DNA of 64,000 nucleotides, taken from positions 34,779 through 98,778 of the forward strand of contig CALUOV010000001.1 of assembly GCA_944322275.1 (NCBI GenBank), given 5' to 3'. Each line of letters starts with the position of its first letter. Within the stretch, counting starts at the first letter, position 1. The stretch is from an uncultured Bacteroides sp. (GTDB lineage: Bacteria; Bacteroidota; Bacteroidia; Bacteroidales; Bacteroidaceae). This document shows positions 10,156 to 19,424 of this stretch, piece after piece. The position numbers and the translations under genes are program-made. The notes beneath the pieces were generated by a model. It had not been told where the DNA came from, did no database searches, and worked only from the letters and a program-made list of their open reading frames with translations.

Positions 10156-10333
10156 ATTCTTCTTGTATTAAATTGATAAATAAATATTAAATCACACGCT
10201 TTTATGCAGTATTTCCACATCCTCTTCATTTAATATAGTGAATGCGAGAAGCTGTTTTACCCATTCATCACCTTATTTTATGACTCAGACTTAACTATGA
10301 AAAGGGGGTTTCCAACTGTTGGGAATAGCGCCC

Positions 10334-10377
10334 CACAAATCAATCCCCGCCCATTCAGCCGGCGGGGATTATTTGTG
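10334..10377 (-). terminator. Strong hairpin after the dnaN...TPR operon
   Basis: aatccccgcc / ggcggggatt stem extended by cacaaat / atttgtg. Confidence 0.65.
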
Positions 10378-10414
10378 TTATTACCCTTAGAAAACAGACT
10401 TCATGAATCAGAGG

Positions 10415-12115
10415 TTACTTGCAATGCTTTTCTATTAAGGCATCCACATTAGGATCCCCCAGTTCTTTAGCCTTGGCAAAGCTGGCACAGGCGGCCTCCT
10501 TCTGTTTCATCTGTATCTGTGCAATCCCCATCAGACGATACGCTTCAGCATACGAGCCATCAATAGCCAAAGCTTCTTGCAATATCTTTACAGCTTCCTC
10601 ATTACGCCCTACACGAATATTGACAACAGCCAACTCAGCCCGATATGTCAGGTCTTTAGGATTTAAAGCGATGGCACTTGCCATGTCATCCAACGCACGC
10701 TGATATTGACGAGACTTCAAAGCAGCCTGTTCGCGATAGTAATAGAATACATCATTCACATTCCCTTTTACGGCATCATAGTAAGCATCGTAATCCATCA
10801 CCGCCTGTCGAGGTTTATTAGCCACCATGTAAGTCTGCGCCCGTGCAAACAGATAGGGCGCAGCATCCTGCGTATAAGGTTTGCTGAAACGTACCACGCA
10901 ACTGTCCAACAAAGCCAACACTTCTTCGGAAGGAGCTTTCATGGCTTCTTTTATCTTAGCCGTCGTGTAGAAGGTCGCGGGTGAAACCAGTTCGGAATGG
11001 TTTACCTCATCATAAGCTTCAAGTGCGGCGGGATAATCACCCTTGGCAAAAAGAATATCCCCTTCCGTTTGCGTATAAATGGGAAGCGGACGAACCTTGA
11101 TAGCCTCGCGTATTTCCTCTACAGCCTTATCCAAGGACCAATCGGCATACACCCGATCGGGATTTTCAATAACAAAACCCGAAATCAGTTTAGCCCGGCC
11201 ATAGTACACATCATCCTTCTGTGTAGCCACTTCCAAAGCTTTATCAAGATCATCGGAAACCTTATCCAAAGATGCCTCATCCTTTGACATCAAGATGCGC
11301 TGGTTAGCACGGCGCATGTAGCCATCCGGGCTATTGGGGTACTGATTGATAAAGTCTTGAAGTACGGTCATATACTTATCTGCAGATAGTTGTGAGGAAG
11401 CCATGAACAAGAAGACCAATGCTTCCTCGTCCGTATCAGGCAACGCTTTCTTAATGCCAATATCCTTTAAAGAGGCATCACTGTATGACAAAGCGGTAAT
11501 CTTCTGTGCCATTACATAGTTGACGTCCACCCCATAACAAATAGTGGCGGTGTCTTGTCCGGAAGCCTTTTGCGCCAATGCAAACACTTCACCATCTTGG
11601 GTCATCAAAGGACAACTCACCTGTTTGTCCGCCAACTTTAAGGTAAGGGTGTAGTAAGAGTAATTATCGGTCACTGTATCGATTGCTTTCACCTTACCGG
11701 CCTTGTACATACGACTTTTTTGGGTAGAATAAGGCAGCAGACAAATATCAGCTCCTACAGCGGGAGACGTCTGGACCAAAGGTAAAGCAGGTACATTTTT
11801 TCCCGTGATGGCGACACGGAATTTCACGACATCATACATATCATCCGCACCCATGATGGCTTCCACAGGCATTTGCTTCCCTTCATAATTCACGATAACG
11901 GCACGTTGCGCCCCTTTGAAAAGGGAATAATCAGACAAAGCCACTCCGTCTTCCGTCACAAAAAAACCGTTACCCGAACTTAGGATCTTATCCTCTTTAT
12001 CATAAGTAATCACAGAAAACACAGCCCGCTTCGCTTTCTCCACCCATTTGGGCTGAGCCATCACCCCTTGGCAAACCAGGCTTACCAATAATGTTATAAC
12101 TATATTCTTCCTCAT
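10415..12115 (-). CDS. Secreted trypsin-like-domain + TPR protein
   Basis: Signal peptide, SGNGFFV trypsin_2-like N-terminus, multiple C-terminal TPRs. Confidence 0.8.
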   Translation of the reverse strand: MRKNIVITLLVSLVCQGVMAQPKWVEKAKRAVFSVITYDKEDKILSSGNGFFVTEDGVALSDYSLFKGAQRAVIVNYEGKQMPVEAIMGADDMYDVVKFRVAITGKNVPALPLVQTSPAVGADICLLPYSTQKSRMYKAGKVKAIDTVTDNYSYYTLTLKLADKQVSCPLMTQDGEVFALAQKASGQDTATICYGVDVNYVMAQKITALSYSDASLKDIGIKKALPDTDEEALVFLFMASSQLSADKYMTVLQDFINQYPNSPDGYMRRANQRILMSKDEASLDKVSDDLDKALEVATQKDDVYYGRAKLISGFVIENPDRVYADWSLDKAVEEIREAIKVRPLPIYTQTEGDILFAKGDYPAALEAYDEVNHSELVSPATFYTTAKIKEAMKAPSEEVLALLDSCVVRFSKPYTQDAAPYLFARAQTYMVANKPRQAVMDYDAYYDAVKGNVNDVFYYYREQAALKSRQYQRALDDMASAIALNPKDLTYRAELAVVNIRVGRNEEAVKILQEALAIDGSYAEAYRLMGIAQIQMKQKEAACASFAKAKELGDPNVDALIEKHCK

Positions 12116-12126
12116 TGTATCTAAAA

Positions 12127-12861
12127 TTATCGTTGTTTGATTGCTTCGTAAATAAGTATACCTGCAGCTACCGACACGTTCAGTGACTCGATAGTTCCCC
12201 GCATGGGTATCTTAATCCACTCGTCACACAAAGCCAGGTTATCATAAGAGATACCCCGGTCCTCAGCTCCCATAATGAGACACAACAGACCGCTATAATC
12301 AGCTTTTGTATAATCGTAATCACCTTTCTCCGTAGCGCCTACGATGTGAAAACCGCTCTCCTTCAAATAGTGGAGCGTGTCTTTCAGATTTGCCTCACGA
12401 CACACAGGCAACGTGTGTAAAGCACCTGCAGAGGTTTTTACGGCATCGGCATTGACCGACACACTATTACGAGAGGGGATAATCACGGCATCCACACCGG
12501 CACATTCGCACGTACGGGCTATGGCACCAAAGTTTCGCACATCAGTCACCCCATCGAGCATCACAAAAAACGGGCTCCGGCCTTGTTCGAACAAGAAAGG
12601 AACCAAGTCTTCGGTCTTTTGATACGTAATGGCTGATACGAAGGCCACCACTCCCTGATGGTTCTTACGGGTTATCTTGTTGATACGCTCCACGGGGACA
12701 CGCTGAACGGGAATCTGCGTACCTTTCAAAGCGGCAAACAATTCCCTCGAAAGGTCGCTCTGTATATCCCGCTTCACCAATATCTTGTCGATGTCCTTTC
12801 CCGCCTGAATGGCTTCTATCACGGCACGGACACCAAAAATGACTTCGCTCTTCTCTACCAT
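12127..12861 (-). CDS. rlmB: 23S rRNA Gm2251 methyltransferase RlmB (TrmH family)
   Basis: NHQGVVA, LDGVTDVRNFGAIAR, MGAEDRG, ESLNVSVAAG. Confidence 0.93.
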   Translation of the reverse strand: MVEKSEVIFGVRAVIEAIQAGKDIDKILVKRDIQSDLSRELFAALKGTQIPVQRVPVERINKITRKNHQGVVAFVSAITYQKTEDLVPFLFEQGRSPFFVMLDGVTDVRNFGAIARTCECAGVDAVIIPSRNSVSVNADAVKTSAGALHTLPVCREANLKDTLHYLKESGFHIVGATEKGDYDYTKADYSGLLCLIMGAEDRGISYDNLALCDEWIKIPMRGTIESLNVSVAAGILIYEAIKQR

Positions 12862-12891
12862 TTTCTCTATACCATATTATAATATACAACA

Positions 12892-14559
12892 TCAATGTTT
12901 CAATAACGCCCGTGCATTGTTGAGGGCAGCCTCTGTCAGGGTGGCGCCACTCAGCATGTGGGCTATTTCCTCCACCCGTTCTTCGTCCGTCAGGCGACGT
13001 ATGTGGCTATTGGTTTCTTTCTCGTTGTCTTGTTTGTAGACTTTATAGTGAGCACGTCCACGAGCGGCTATTTGGGGCAAGTGGGTAATGCTGATGACAT
13101 GCCGGTCAGTATCGCCCATCTCCTGCATGATGTCAGCCATCCGGTCGGCTATCTCACCGGAGACGCCGGTATCAATCTCATCAAATACAATAGTGGGCAA
13201 CTTCACGGCTCCGGCTATCATGGCCTTGACAGAAAGCATCACACGGGCTATCTCGCCTCCCGAAGCCACCGAAGAGATGTTTTGCAACACACCGTTTTTG
13301 TTGGCCGAGAACAGAAAATTCACAGTGTCCATTCCGTGTACGCCAGGTTCCTTACGCCTTCCCGTCTCTACCTGGAAACGCACGTTGGGCATTCCTAAAG
13401 GAATAAGTCGTAACGCCATCTGACGCTCCACCTCTTGAGCCGCACGCTTACGGGCTTCGGTCAAGATTCCAGCTTGCGCCTCCACTTGTTTGAACAAGTC
13501 CGCACACCGCTCCTTCAAGCGTTCTATATCTTCATCGGAAGAAGTAATGGCCGAAAGTTTCGAGGCATACGATTTCTGCAAAGACAAAAGCCCGTCTACC
13601 GTATCCACCCGGTGCTTTTGCTCCAAAGTGTATATCAAATTCAGACGTTCATTCACCGTATTCAAACGTTCGGGATTAAACTCGACGGTCTCCTCCCGGT
13701 TCTCTATCTCGCGAGTTATATCTTTCAACTCAATATAGACACTATCCAGTCGTTCAGCCAGTTCATTTGCGGGAGCATATACTTCGCGTAAATCGGACAT
13801 GATACTTTGACAATCTCTCAGCAAGCCTAACATTCCGTTTTCATCAGCGTTCAGCGCCTGCCCCGCCTTGTAGAGTCCCGCCTTGATGTCCTCGGCATGG
13901 GCCAGCATCTCGGCTTCCCGCTCCAGTTCTTCCTGTTCGCCGGGAGTGAGTTGCGCTTCCTCCAGTTGCTCTAACTGAAAACGCAGATAATCTTCGTCCT
14001 CCCGATTCTTCACAGCTTCGGCCTTCAGTTTCTCCAAGTCCTGTTCGGCCTGCCTCCAGTCTTTATAAAGGGCCTGGTAAGTCTGCAGATCAGACTCATC
14101 GTGAGCCAGGAGGTCGAGCACGTTCAACTGGAAACCTTCTTTGTTCAGCAGCAGATTCTGGTGTTGCGAGTGGATGTCAATCAGTTGCTCACCCAACTCT
14201 TTCATCTGCGCCAATGAGACCGGTGTATCATTGATAAAGGCCCGGCTTTTCCCGGATGCATACACATCACGCCGCAGAATACACTCAGGTTCGTATTCCA
14301 AATCGTTCTCCTCGAAAAAAGCTTGCATGCCATAGGCTGAGATGTCAAATTGCGCTTCAATAATACACTTCGATGCTCCGGGACGGATGGCCTTTACATC
14401 AGCACGCTGTCCCAACAACAGGCCAATGGCACCTAAAATGATGGATTTTCCCGCACCCGTTTCGCCGGTAATGACCGAGAATCCGCGTTCAAAAGCGATA
14501 TCCAGCTTCTCTATCAACGCATAGTTTTGTATGAATAGTGAACGTAACATAACACACAC
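12892..14559 (-). CDS. recN: DNA repair protein RecN
   Basis: TGETGAGKS, ASGGE, FDEIDTGVSG, ITHLPQIAA and a central coiled coil. Confidence 0.96.
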   Translation of the reverse strand: MCVMLRSLFIQNYALIEKLDIAFERGFSVITGETGAGKSIILGAIGLLLGQRADVKAIRPGASKCIIEAQFDISAYGMQAFFEENDLEYEPECILRRDVYASGKSRAFINDTPVSLAQMKELGEQLIDIHSQHQNLLLNKEGFQLNVLDLLAHDESDLQTYQALYKDWRQAEQDLEKLKAEAVKNREDEDYLRFQLEQLEEAQLTPGEQEELEREAEMLAHAEDIKAGLYKAGQALNADENGMLGLLRDCQSIMSDLREVYAPANELAERLDSVYIELKDITREIENREETVEFNPERLNTVNERLNLIYTLEQKHRVDTVDGLLSLQKSYASKLSAITSSDEDIERLKERCADLFKQVEAQAGILTEARKRAAQEVERQMALRLIPLGMPNVRFQVETGRRKEPGVHGMDTVNFLFSANKNGVLQNISSVASGGEIARVMLSVKAMIAGAVKLPTIVFDEIDTGVSGEIADRMADIMQEMGDTDRHVISITHLPQIAARGRAHYKVYKQDNEKETNSHIRRLTDEERVEEIAHMLSGATLTEAALNNARALLKH

Positions 14560-14565
14560 AAACCT

Positions 14566-15792
14566 TTATTTCCCCTGATTCAACACTTCGGCCAAACGGT
14601 CCACGATGTCACCCGCCACTTCCGTCTTGGGCTTCAACGGATACTTCGTCTCGCCTTTGGCATCAATAATCGTTATCTTGTTGGTGTCGCACCGGAAACC
14701 GGCTCCCTGATCCTTCAAGGAATTCAGCACAATGAAGTCTAAGTTTTTACGCTCCAACTTATCCTTGGCGTTTTGCTGCTCATTCTGAGTTTCCAGGGCA
14801 AAGCCTACCAACACCTTTCTTTCGCCAAGATCGGCCTTTTGTTCCCCCAAGGCGGCTGCAATGTCCCTCGTTGCCTTCAGGGAAAGAGTCATATCCCCCG
14901 TTTGCTCGCGCTTTATCTTTTCGTCAGCTACGTGAGCCGGCGTATAGTCGGCTACCGCCGCACACAAAATAGCGGCATCAGCATCCGGGAAAACGGACGT
15001 AGCGGCCTGATACATTTCTTCAGCCGATTCTACATCCACCCGTCTGTACATGGGGTATCGTGTCTGAAGCTGCACGGGACCGGACACAAGAATGACTTTT
15101 GCACCACGGCTTGCACATTCGTCTGCCAAGGCAAAACCCATCTTACCCGATGAATAATTCCCGATGAAGCGCACAGGGTCAATCTTCTCATACGTAGGTC
15201 CGGTGGTGATAAGAATGGTTTTCCCCGCCAAGTCTCCTTCTTGGAAAGCGAAATACCGCTCCAGATGCTTTATGATGTTCTCCGGTTCCTCCATACGTCC
15301 CTTGCCCACCAGATGACTGGCCAGTTCTCCAGTGCCCGGTTCGATAATGTGGTTTCCGTACGAGCGAAGTTTGTCCAGATTTTGTTGGGTAGACGGATGG
15401 GCGTACATATCCAGGTCCATGGCAGGAGCTACAAAAACGGGAGCCTTGGCCGAGAGATAGGTCGTAACCAACATGTTGTCCGCTATACCATTAGCCATCT
15501 TGCCGATGGTGGATGCTGTGGCTGGAGCCACCAGCATGGCATCGGCCCACAAGCCCAGATCCACATGGCTATGCCATGTCCCGTCCCGTTGGGCGAAAAA
15601 GTCGCTGATGACAGGCTTGCTGGTAAGGGCCGAAAGGGTGATAGGAGTGATAAATTCCTTTCCCGCCGGGGTAATGACCACCTGCACCTCCGCCCCTCGC
15701 TTTATCAGTCCGCGGATGAGGTAGCAAGCCTTGTAGGCCGCAATACTTCCCGTTATGCCCAATACGATTTTCTTTCCTTTCAATACATTCAT
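14566..15792 (-). CDS. coaBC: Phosphopantothenoylcysteine decarboxylase / synthase
   Basis: GITGSIAAYK, PAMD..MY, TGPTYEKIDPVRFIGNYSSGKMG, VGFALET. Confidence 0.96.
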   Translation of the reverse strand: MNVLKGKKIVLGITGSIAAYKACYLIRGLIKRGAEVQVVITPAGKEFITPITLSALTSKPVISDFFAQRDGTWHSHVDLGLWADAMLVAPATASTIGKMANGIADNMLVTTYLSAKAPVFVAPAMDLDMYAHPSTQQNLDKLRSYGNHIIEPGTGELASHLVGKGRMEEPENIIKHLERYFAFQEGDLAGKTILITTGPTYEKIDPVRFIGNYSSGKMGFALADECASRGAKVILVSGPVQLQTRYPMYRRVDVESAEEMYQAATSVFPDADAAILCAAVADYTPAHVADEKIKREQTGDMTLSLKATRDIAAALGEQKADLGERKVLVGFALETQNEQQNAKDKLERKNLDFIVLNSLKDQGAGFRCDTNKITIIDAKGETKYPLKPKTEVAGDIVDRLAEVLNQGK

Positions 15793-15809
15793 ATCGCCAT
15801 TAGCACATT

Positions 15810-16580
15810 TTACTTATGAGTCAGCTCACGCAAACGGATTTTGGTGAGCATGGCCTTGGTGTTCAGCGTAAAGTCGTTATTCAATATCCAGCTGTAATAG
15901 CCCGGATCGCGTTTCAACACCTCCACCACGGACTGGCCTTTGTACTTACCGAAGTTGAATATCTCTACGCCCTTATCATCGTACACCATACGTCCGGCAA
16001 AATCCACGTTTTTGTTGAAGCAGGAATAATCGGATAAGAAAGCTATGTCATTCTTCAACTCTGGATAACGGTCCAACTGAGCCATCAGCACCTCGTATGT
16101 GGCACGGGTATCGGCCTCGGCGGTATGCGCGTCTTCCAGATTCTTCCCACAATAGAATTTATAGGCAGCCGACAGAGTGCGTTGCTCCATTTTGTGGAAA
16201 ATGACCTGTACGTCGACAAATTTTCTCCGCCCCAAATCAACATCTACTCCGGCACGCAAAAATTCCTCAGCTAAAAGGGGTATATCAAAACGGTTGGAGT
16301 TGAAGCCCGCCAAGTCGCATCCCTCTATCTCTTTGGCAATGCTACGCGCCACCTCCTTGAACGTGGGACAATCGGCCACATCCTCATCATGGATGCCATG
16401 TACGGCCGTAGCCTCTTCAGGGATATGCATACCCGGATTGATGCGCAGGGTCTTTGAGGATTCATTACCGTTAGGATATACTTTTAAATAACAAATCTCT
16501 ACGATACGGTCGCTATTAATGTTGGTTCCCGTTGTCTCCAAATCGAAGAAAACAATAGGATTCTTTAAATTCAGTTTCAT
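15810..16580 (-). CDS. DEDDh 3'-5' exonuclease (DNA polymerase III epsilon-like)
   Basis: FFDLETTG, FNSNRFD, AHTAEAD motifs; directly downstream of dnaN. Confidence 0.9.
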   Translation of the reverse strand: MKLNLKNPIVFFDLETTGTNINSDRIVEICYLKVYPNGNESSKTLRINPGMHIPEEATAVHGIHDEDVADCPTFKEVARSIAKEIEGCDLAGFNSNRFDIPLLAEEFLRAGVDVDLGRRKFVDVQVIFHKMEQRTLSAAYKFYCGKNLEDAHTAEADTRATYEVLMAQLDRYPELKNDIAFLSDYSCFNKNVDFAGRMVYDDKGVEIFNFGKYKGQSVVEVLKRDPGYYSWILNNDFTLNTKAMLTKIRLRELTHK

Positions 16581-16603
16581 CTCAATTCAGTTCGCTCAGC
16601 ATA

Positions 16604-17728
16604 TTAATCGTTCAACATCATCGGCATCAGCAACATCAGCAAGTCCTCTTTCTCCTCTTGCTCCAGCGGGATGATAACCCCCGCCCGCGAAGGATCAGCC
16701 AATTCTATCACCACTTCCTCCGCAGCGATATTGGTCAGAATATCCAGCAGGAAAGTAGATTTGAAGCCAATGCTCATGTCGTTGCCCTCATACTGGCAGT
16801 TCACGGTTTCTTCTGCCGAAGTGGAGAAGTCGATGTCCTGAGCCGAAATGGTAATCTGGTTACCGCTCAGGCGGAGCTTGATAAGGCTGCTGGCCTGCGA
16901 AGAGAAGATGGAAACACGGCGCAAAGCTCCGATGAGCTGCATGCGGTCTACAATGATCTTATAAGGGTTATTCTGAGGAATCACAGAGTTATAATTAGGA
17001 TAACGTCCTTCTATCAGACGGCATACCATGCGATACTCTTCCAATGCAAACACAGCATTGCGTTCGTCAAACTCCAACGTCACCGTTCCCTGTTCTTTAG
17101 GCAAAAGATTCTTCAGCAGATTGGCGGGTTTTTTGGGCAGGATGAAAGCCGCACGCTCATTGCCATGAGCGGCAAAAGTCTTGCAGCGCACCAGCTTGTG
17201 CCCGTCCGAAGCCACCAGCGTAATATCATCGGTGGTGATGTCGAAGTAAATGCCGTTCATTACGGGACGAAGTTCGTCATCGGCTGTAGCGAATACGGAG
17301 CGGTTAATACCGGCCAGCAACACATCGGCCTCCATCTCCACATGCACGGCATCATTGCTCAAAAGGACAGGCTGGGGAAATTCGTTGGCATTCTGCCCCA
17401 TCAAGCTATATTTGCCGTTTTGGTACTGTACGGTTATTTCCAGATTGTCAAGGTTGACATCGAACGACAAAGGCTGTTCGGGTATTTCCTTCAAGGCATC
17501 GAGCAGCGTCTTGGCCGGCACGGCAAAGCGTCCGTCGGCATCACTTTCGTTCACCTCCAAAGTGGTAATCATAGTGGTCTCACTATCAGAAACGGTAACG
17601 GACAAGGTCCCGTCCTGCAACTCAAAGAGAAAACAATCCAAAATAGGTAGCGCATTCTTTGTATTTATCACCCGACTGATAGCCTGCAAGTGACCGGAAA
17701 GCGCTGTACTTGACACGATAAATTTCAT
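16604..17728 (-). CDS. dnaN: DNA polymerase III beta clamp
   Basis: 374 aa; VASDGHKL, RLIEGRYPNY, C-terminal LLMPM. Confidence 0.97.
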   Translation of the reverse strand: MKFIVSSTALSGHLQAISRVINTKNALPILDCFLFELQDGTLSVTVSDSETTMITTLEVNESDADGRFAVPAKTLLDALKEIPEQPLSFDVNLDNLEITVQYQNGKYSLMGQNANEFPQPVLLSNDAVHVEMEADVLLAGINRSVFATADDELRPVMNGIYFDITTDDITLVASDGHKLVRCKTFAAHGNERAAFILPKKPANLLKNLLPKEQGTVTLEFDERNAVFALEEYRMVCRLIEGRYPNYNSVIPQNNPYKIIVDRMQLIGALRRVSIFSSQASSLIKLRLSGNQITISAQDIDFSTSAEETVNCQYEGNDMSIGFKSTFLLDILTNIAAEEVVIELADPSRAGVIIPLEQEEKEDLLMLLMPMMLND

Positions 17729-17776
17729 ATATTCAGTCTATTTAAGTTTTTTATAAATCCTATCCTTGTTGGAGGA

Positions 17777-17784
17777 CAAAGTTA
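17777..17784 (-). promoter_or_regulatory. -7 promoter box for the dnaN operon
   Basis: TAACTTTG on the minus strand about 50 bp upstream of dnaN. Confidence 0.6.
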
Positions 17785-17883
17785 AGAAAAGAATTTTCTA
17801 CCCACAAAAGAATAGGAAAGAAATTACGAGTTCAAAAAAAAGTCGTATCTTCGCCCATTGATTTTTTAACAAACTCTATAAAA

Positions 17884-18264
17884 ATGGAATTTACAGGAAG
17901 AATTATTGCCATACTCCAGCCCAGAGGCGGGGTGTCCAAAGCAGGAAACGAATGGAAAGTTCAGGAATACGTCATTGAGAGTCACGATCAATATCCCCGC
18001 AGGATGTGCTTTGAAGTATTCGGAAGCGACAAGATAGAACAATTCAACATCCAGATGGAAGAAGAGCTCACGGTATCGTTCGACATTGACGCGCGCCAAT
18101 GGCAAGACCGTTGGTTCAACAGCATCCGTGCCTGGAAGGTAGAGCGTGTAGGTGCTACAGCCCAACAGCCCGCGGCTGCCTCACAAGGAGCGCCCTTACC
18201 TCCTCCCGCACCGGCTGCGCCCGATTTCCTGGCAAGCGATGCCAACGATGACCTTCCCTTCTAA
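17884..18264 (+). CDS. DUF3127-family SSB-like protein
   Basis: GNEWKVQEYV...SFDIDARQWQDRWFNSIRAW and the acidic SSB-type tail DDLPF. Confidence 0.85.
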   Translation: MEFTGRIIAILQPRGGVSKAGNEWKVQEYVIESHDQYPRRMCFEVFGSDKIEQFNIQMEEELTVSFDIDARQWQDRWFNSIRAWKVERVGATAQQPAAASQGAPLPPPAPAAPDFLASDANDDLPF

Positions 18265-18323
18265 GGTTCTTTTCCAGCATCACCGCGAGGGAATCAGTCA
18301 GGCGTGGAGCTATACTATATTTA

Positions 18324-18424
18324 AGTTTCGCAAGTGCTCAAGTTAGCTGATAAGGGAACGAGGATCCGGCCTTGTGGTCTCGCCAACTTGTTTCCTTGTC
18401 AACTAACTTGAGCTTGCGAAAACT
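18324..18424. repeat. Long imperfect inverted repeat (about 38-bp arms), candidate structured RNA or REP-like element
   Basis: agtttcgcaagtgctcaagttagctgataagggaacgag ... cttgtttccttgtcaactaacttgagcttgcgaaaact. Confidence 0.8.
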
Positions 18425-18571
18425 GAAAATTATTACTATATAGAAGTATTTGATTAGCTACTTATTGTCTTATATGTTCCCCTACATTATATGTAAGAGG
18501 AGGAGTGCACTACCATCAATGACTTTATCAATAAAGCTATTGTAAATGAATTAGAGCATACCGTAACTAAA

Positions 18572-18601
18572 TTTCCCATCTCTAAAAATAAAGACGGGAA
18601 A
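18572..18601 (-). terminator. Probable terminator of the glycan operon
   Basis: Minus-strand stem tttcccgtct / agatgggaaa followed by tttagtt, 12 bp after the GT2 stop. Confidence 0.55.
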
Positions 18602-18612
18602 CTTCAACTACA

Positions 18613-19422
18613 TTATTTCTCAAACTGCGCCAGACACTTCTTGTTGGCTTCGCGCCGCTTGCGGTCGAAGAACCAGCCCCACTTATTGAAATACTTCACT
18701 ACAGACTGAATGTGATACTTCAACAGTTTTCGGTTCTTATACGAACCTTTCTCATAGGCGTGATAAACAGACACTTCTGGATCGAACATCGTACGTGAGG
18801 CTTCACCGATGCGGCGGCAAAGATCCAAATCCTCAGCATACATGAAATAACGTTCATCAAACATGCCCACACATCGTAGGACATCTACCCGCAGAAACAT
18901 AAAGCAGCCGGAGAGGGAAGGAACCTCCATCACCCGATCATAACCGGACCCGTGCAGTTCGAAACGCTTATCCATACGTACCTGCCATCCGCGGAAAGGA
19001 AGGAAACGACGACCGAAGAGGTTCATTGGTGTAGGCAAAAGCTTGCACAAATATTGTATCTCACCATCAGGATAAAGGATTTTGGGCATCACCAGTCCGC
19101 AATCGATATGACTATCCATGAAAGCAGACAGCGACTCTATCACCGGGTCTGTCCAAAAGATATCCGGATTGATGACTACATGATAACGGGCACCCTTTTC
19201 CATGGACTTACGAATGCCGATGTTATGGCCGTGACCATAGCCCAAATTCTCACTATGAATATACTTTATCTTATCCGAAAGACCTGCCAGCCGGCTAAGA
19301 CTATCGTCCGATGAATGGTCGATGAGGTATAAGACTTCGATGGAGGAGCGGATGACACACTGCAATAAGCGTGTGAGTTCGTCCTCGGGGGTATGATAAG
19401 CTACAATGGATGCGGTAATCAT
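18613..19422 (-). CDS. Glycosyltransferase family 2 (WbbL-like)
   Basis: SIVAY, NLGYGHGHN, INPD, SGCFM, FDERYFMYAEDLDL. Confidence 0.9.
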   Translation of the reverse strand: MITASIVAYHTPEDELTRLLQCVIRSSIEVLYLIDHSSDDSLSRLAGLSDKIKYIHSENLGYGHGHNIGIRKSMEKGARYHVVINPDIFWTDPVIESLSAFMDSHIDCGLVMPKILYPDGEIQYLCKLLPTPMNLFGRRFLPFRGWQVRMDKRFELHGSGYDRVMEVPSLSGCFMFLRVDVLRCVGMFDERYFMYAEDLDLCRRIGEASRTMFDPEVSVYHAYEKGSYKNRKLLKYHIQSVVKYFNKWGWFFDRKRREANKKCLAQFEK

Positions 19423-19424
19423 TT

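Noticed and set aside
17729-17883. Replication origin next to dnaN
   Set aside because: No dnaA gene and no DnaA-box cluster were seen; the gap is explained by divergent promoters
18324-18424. Invertible promoter flanked by inverted repeats, or SRP/6S RNA or tRNA
   Set aside because: The spacer is only 24 bp with no promoter box and no recombinase nearby; no SRP domain IV motif or cloverleaf was recognised, and it is short for 6S RNA
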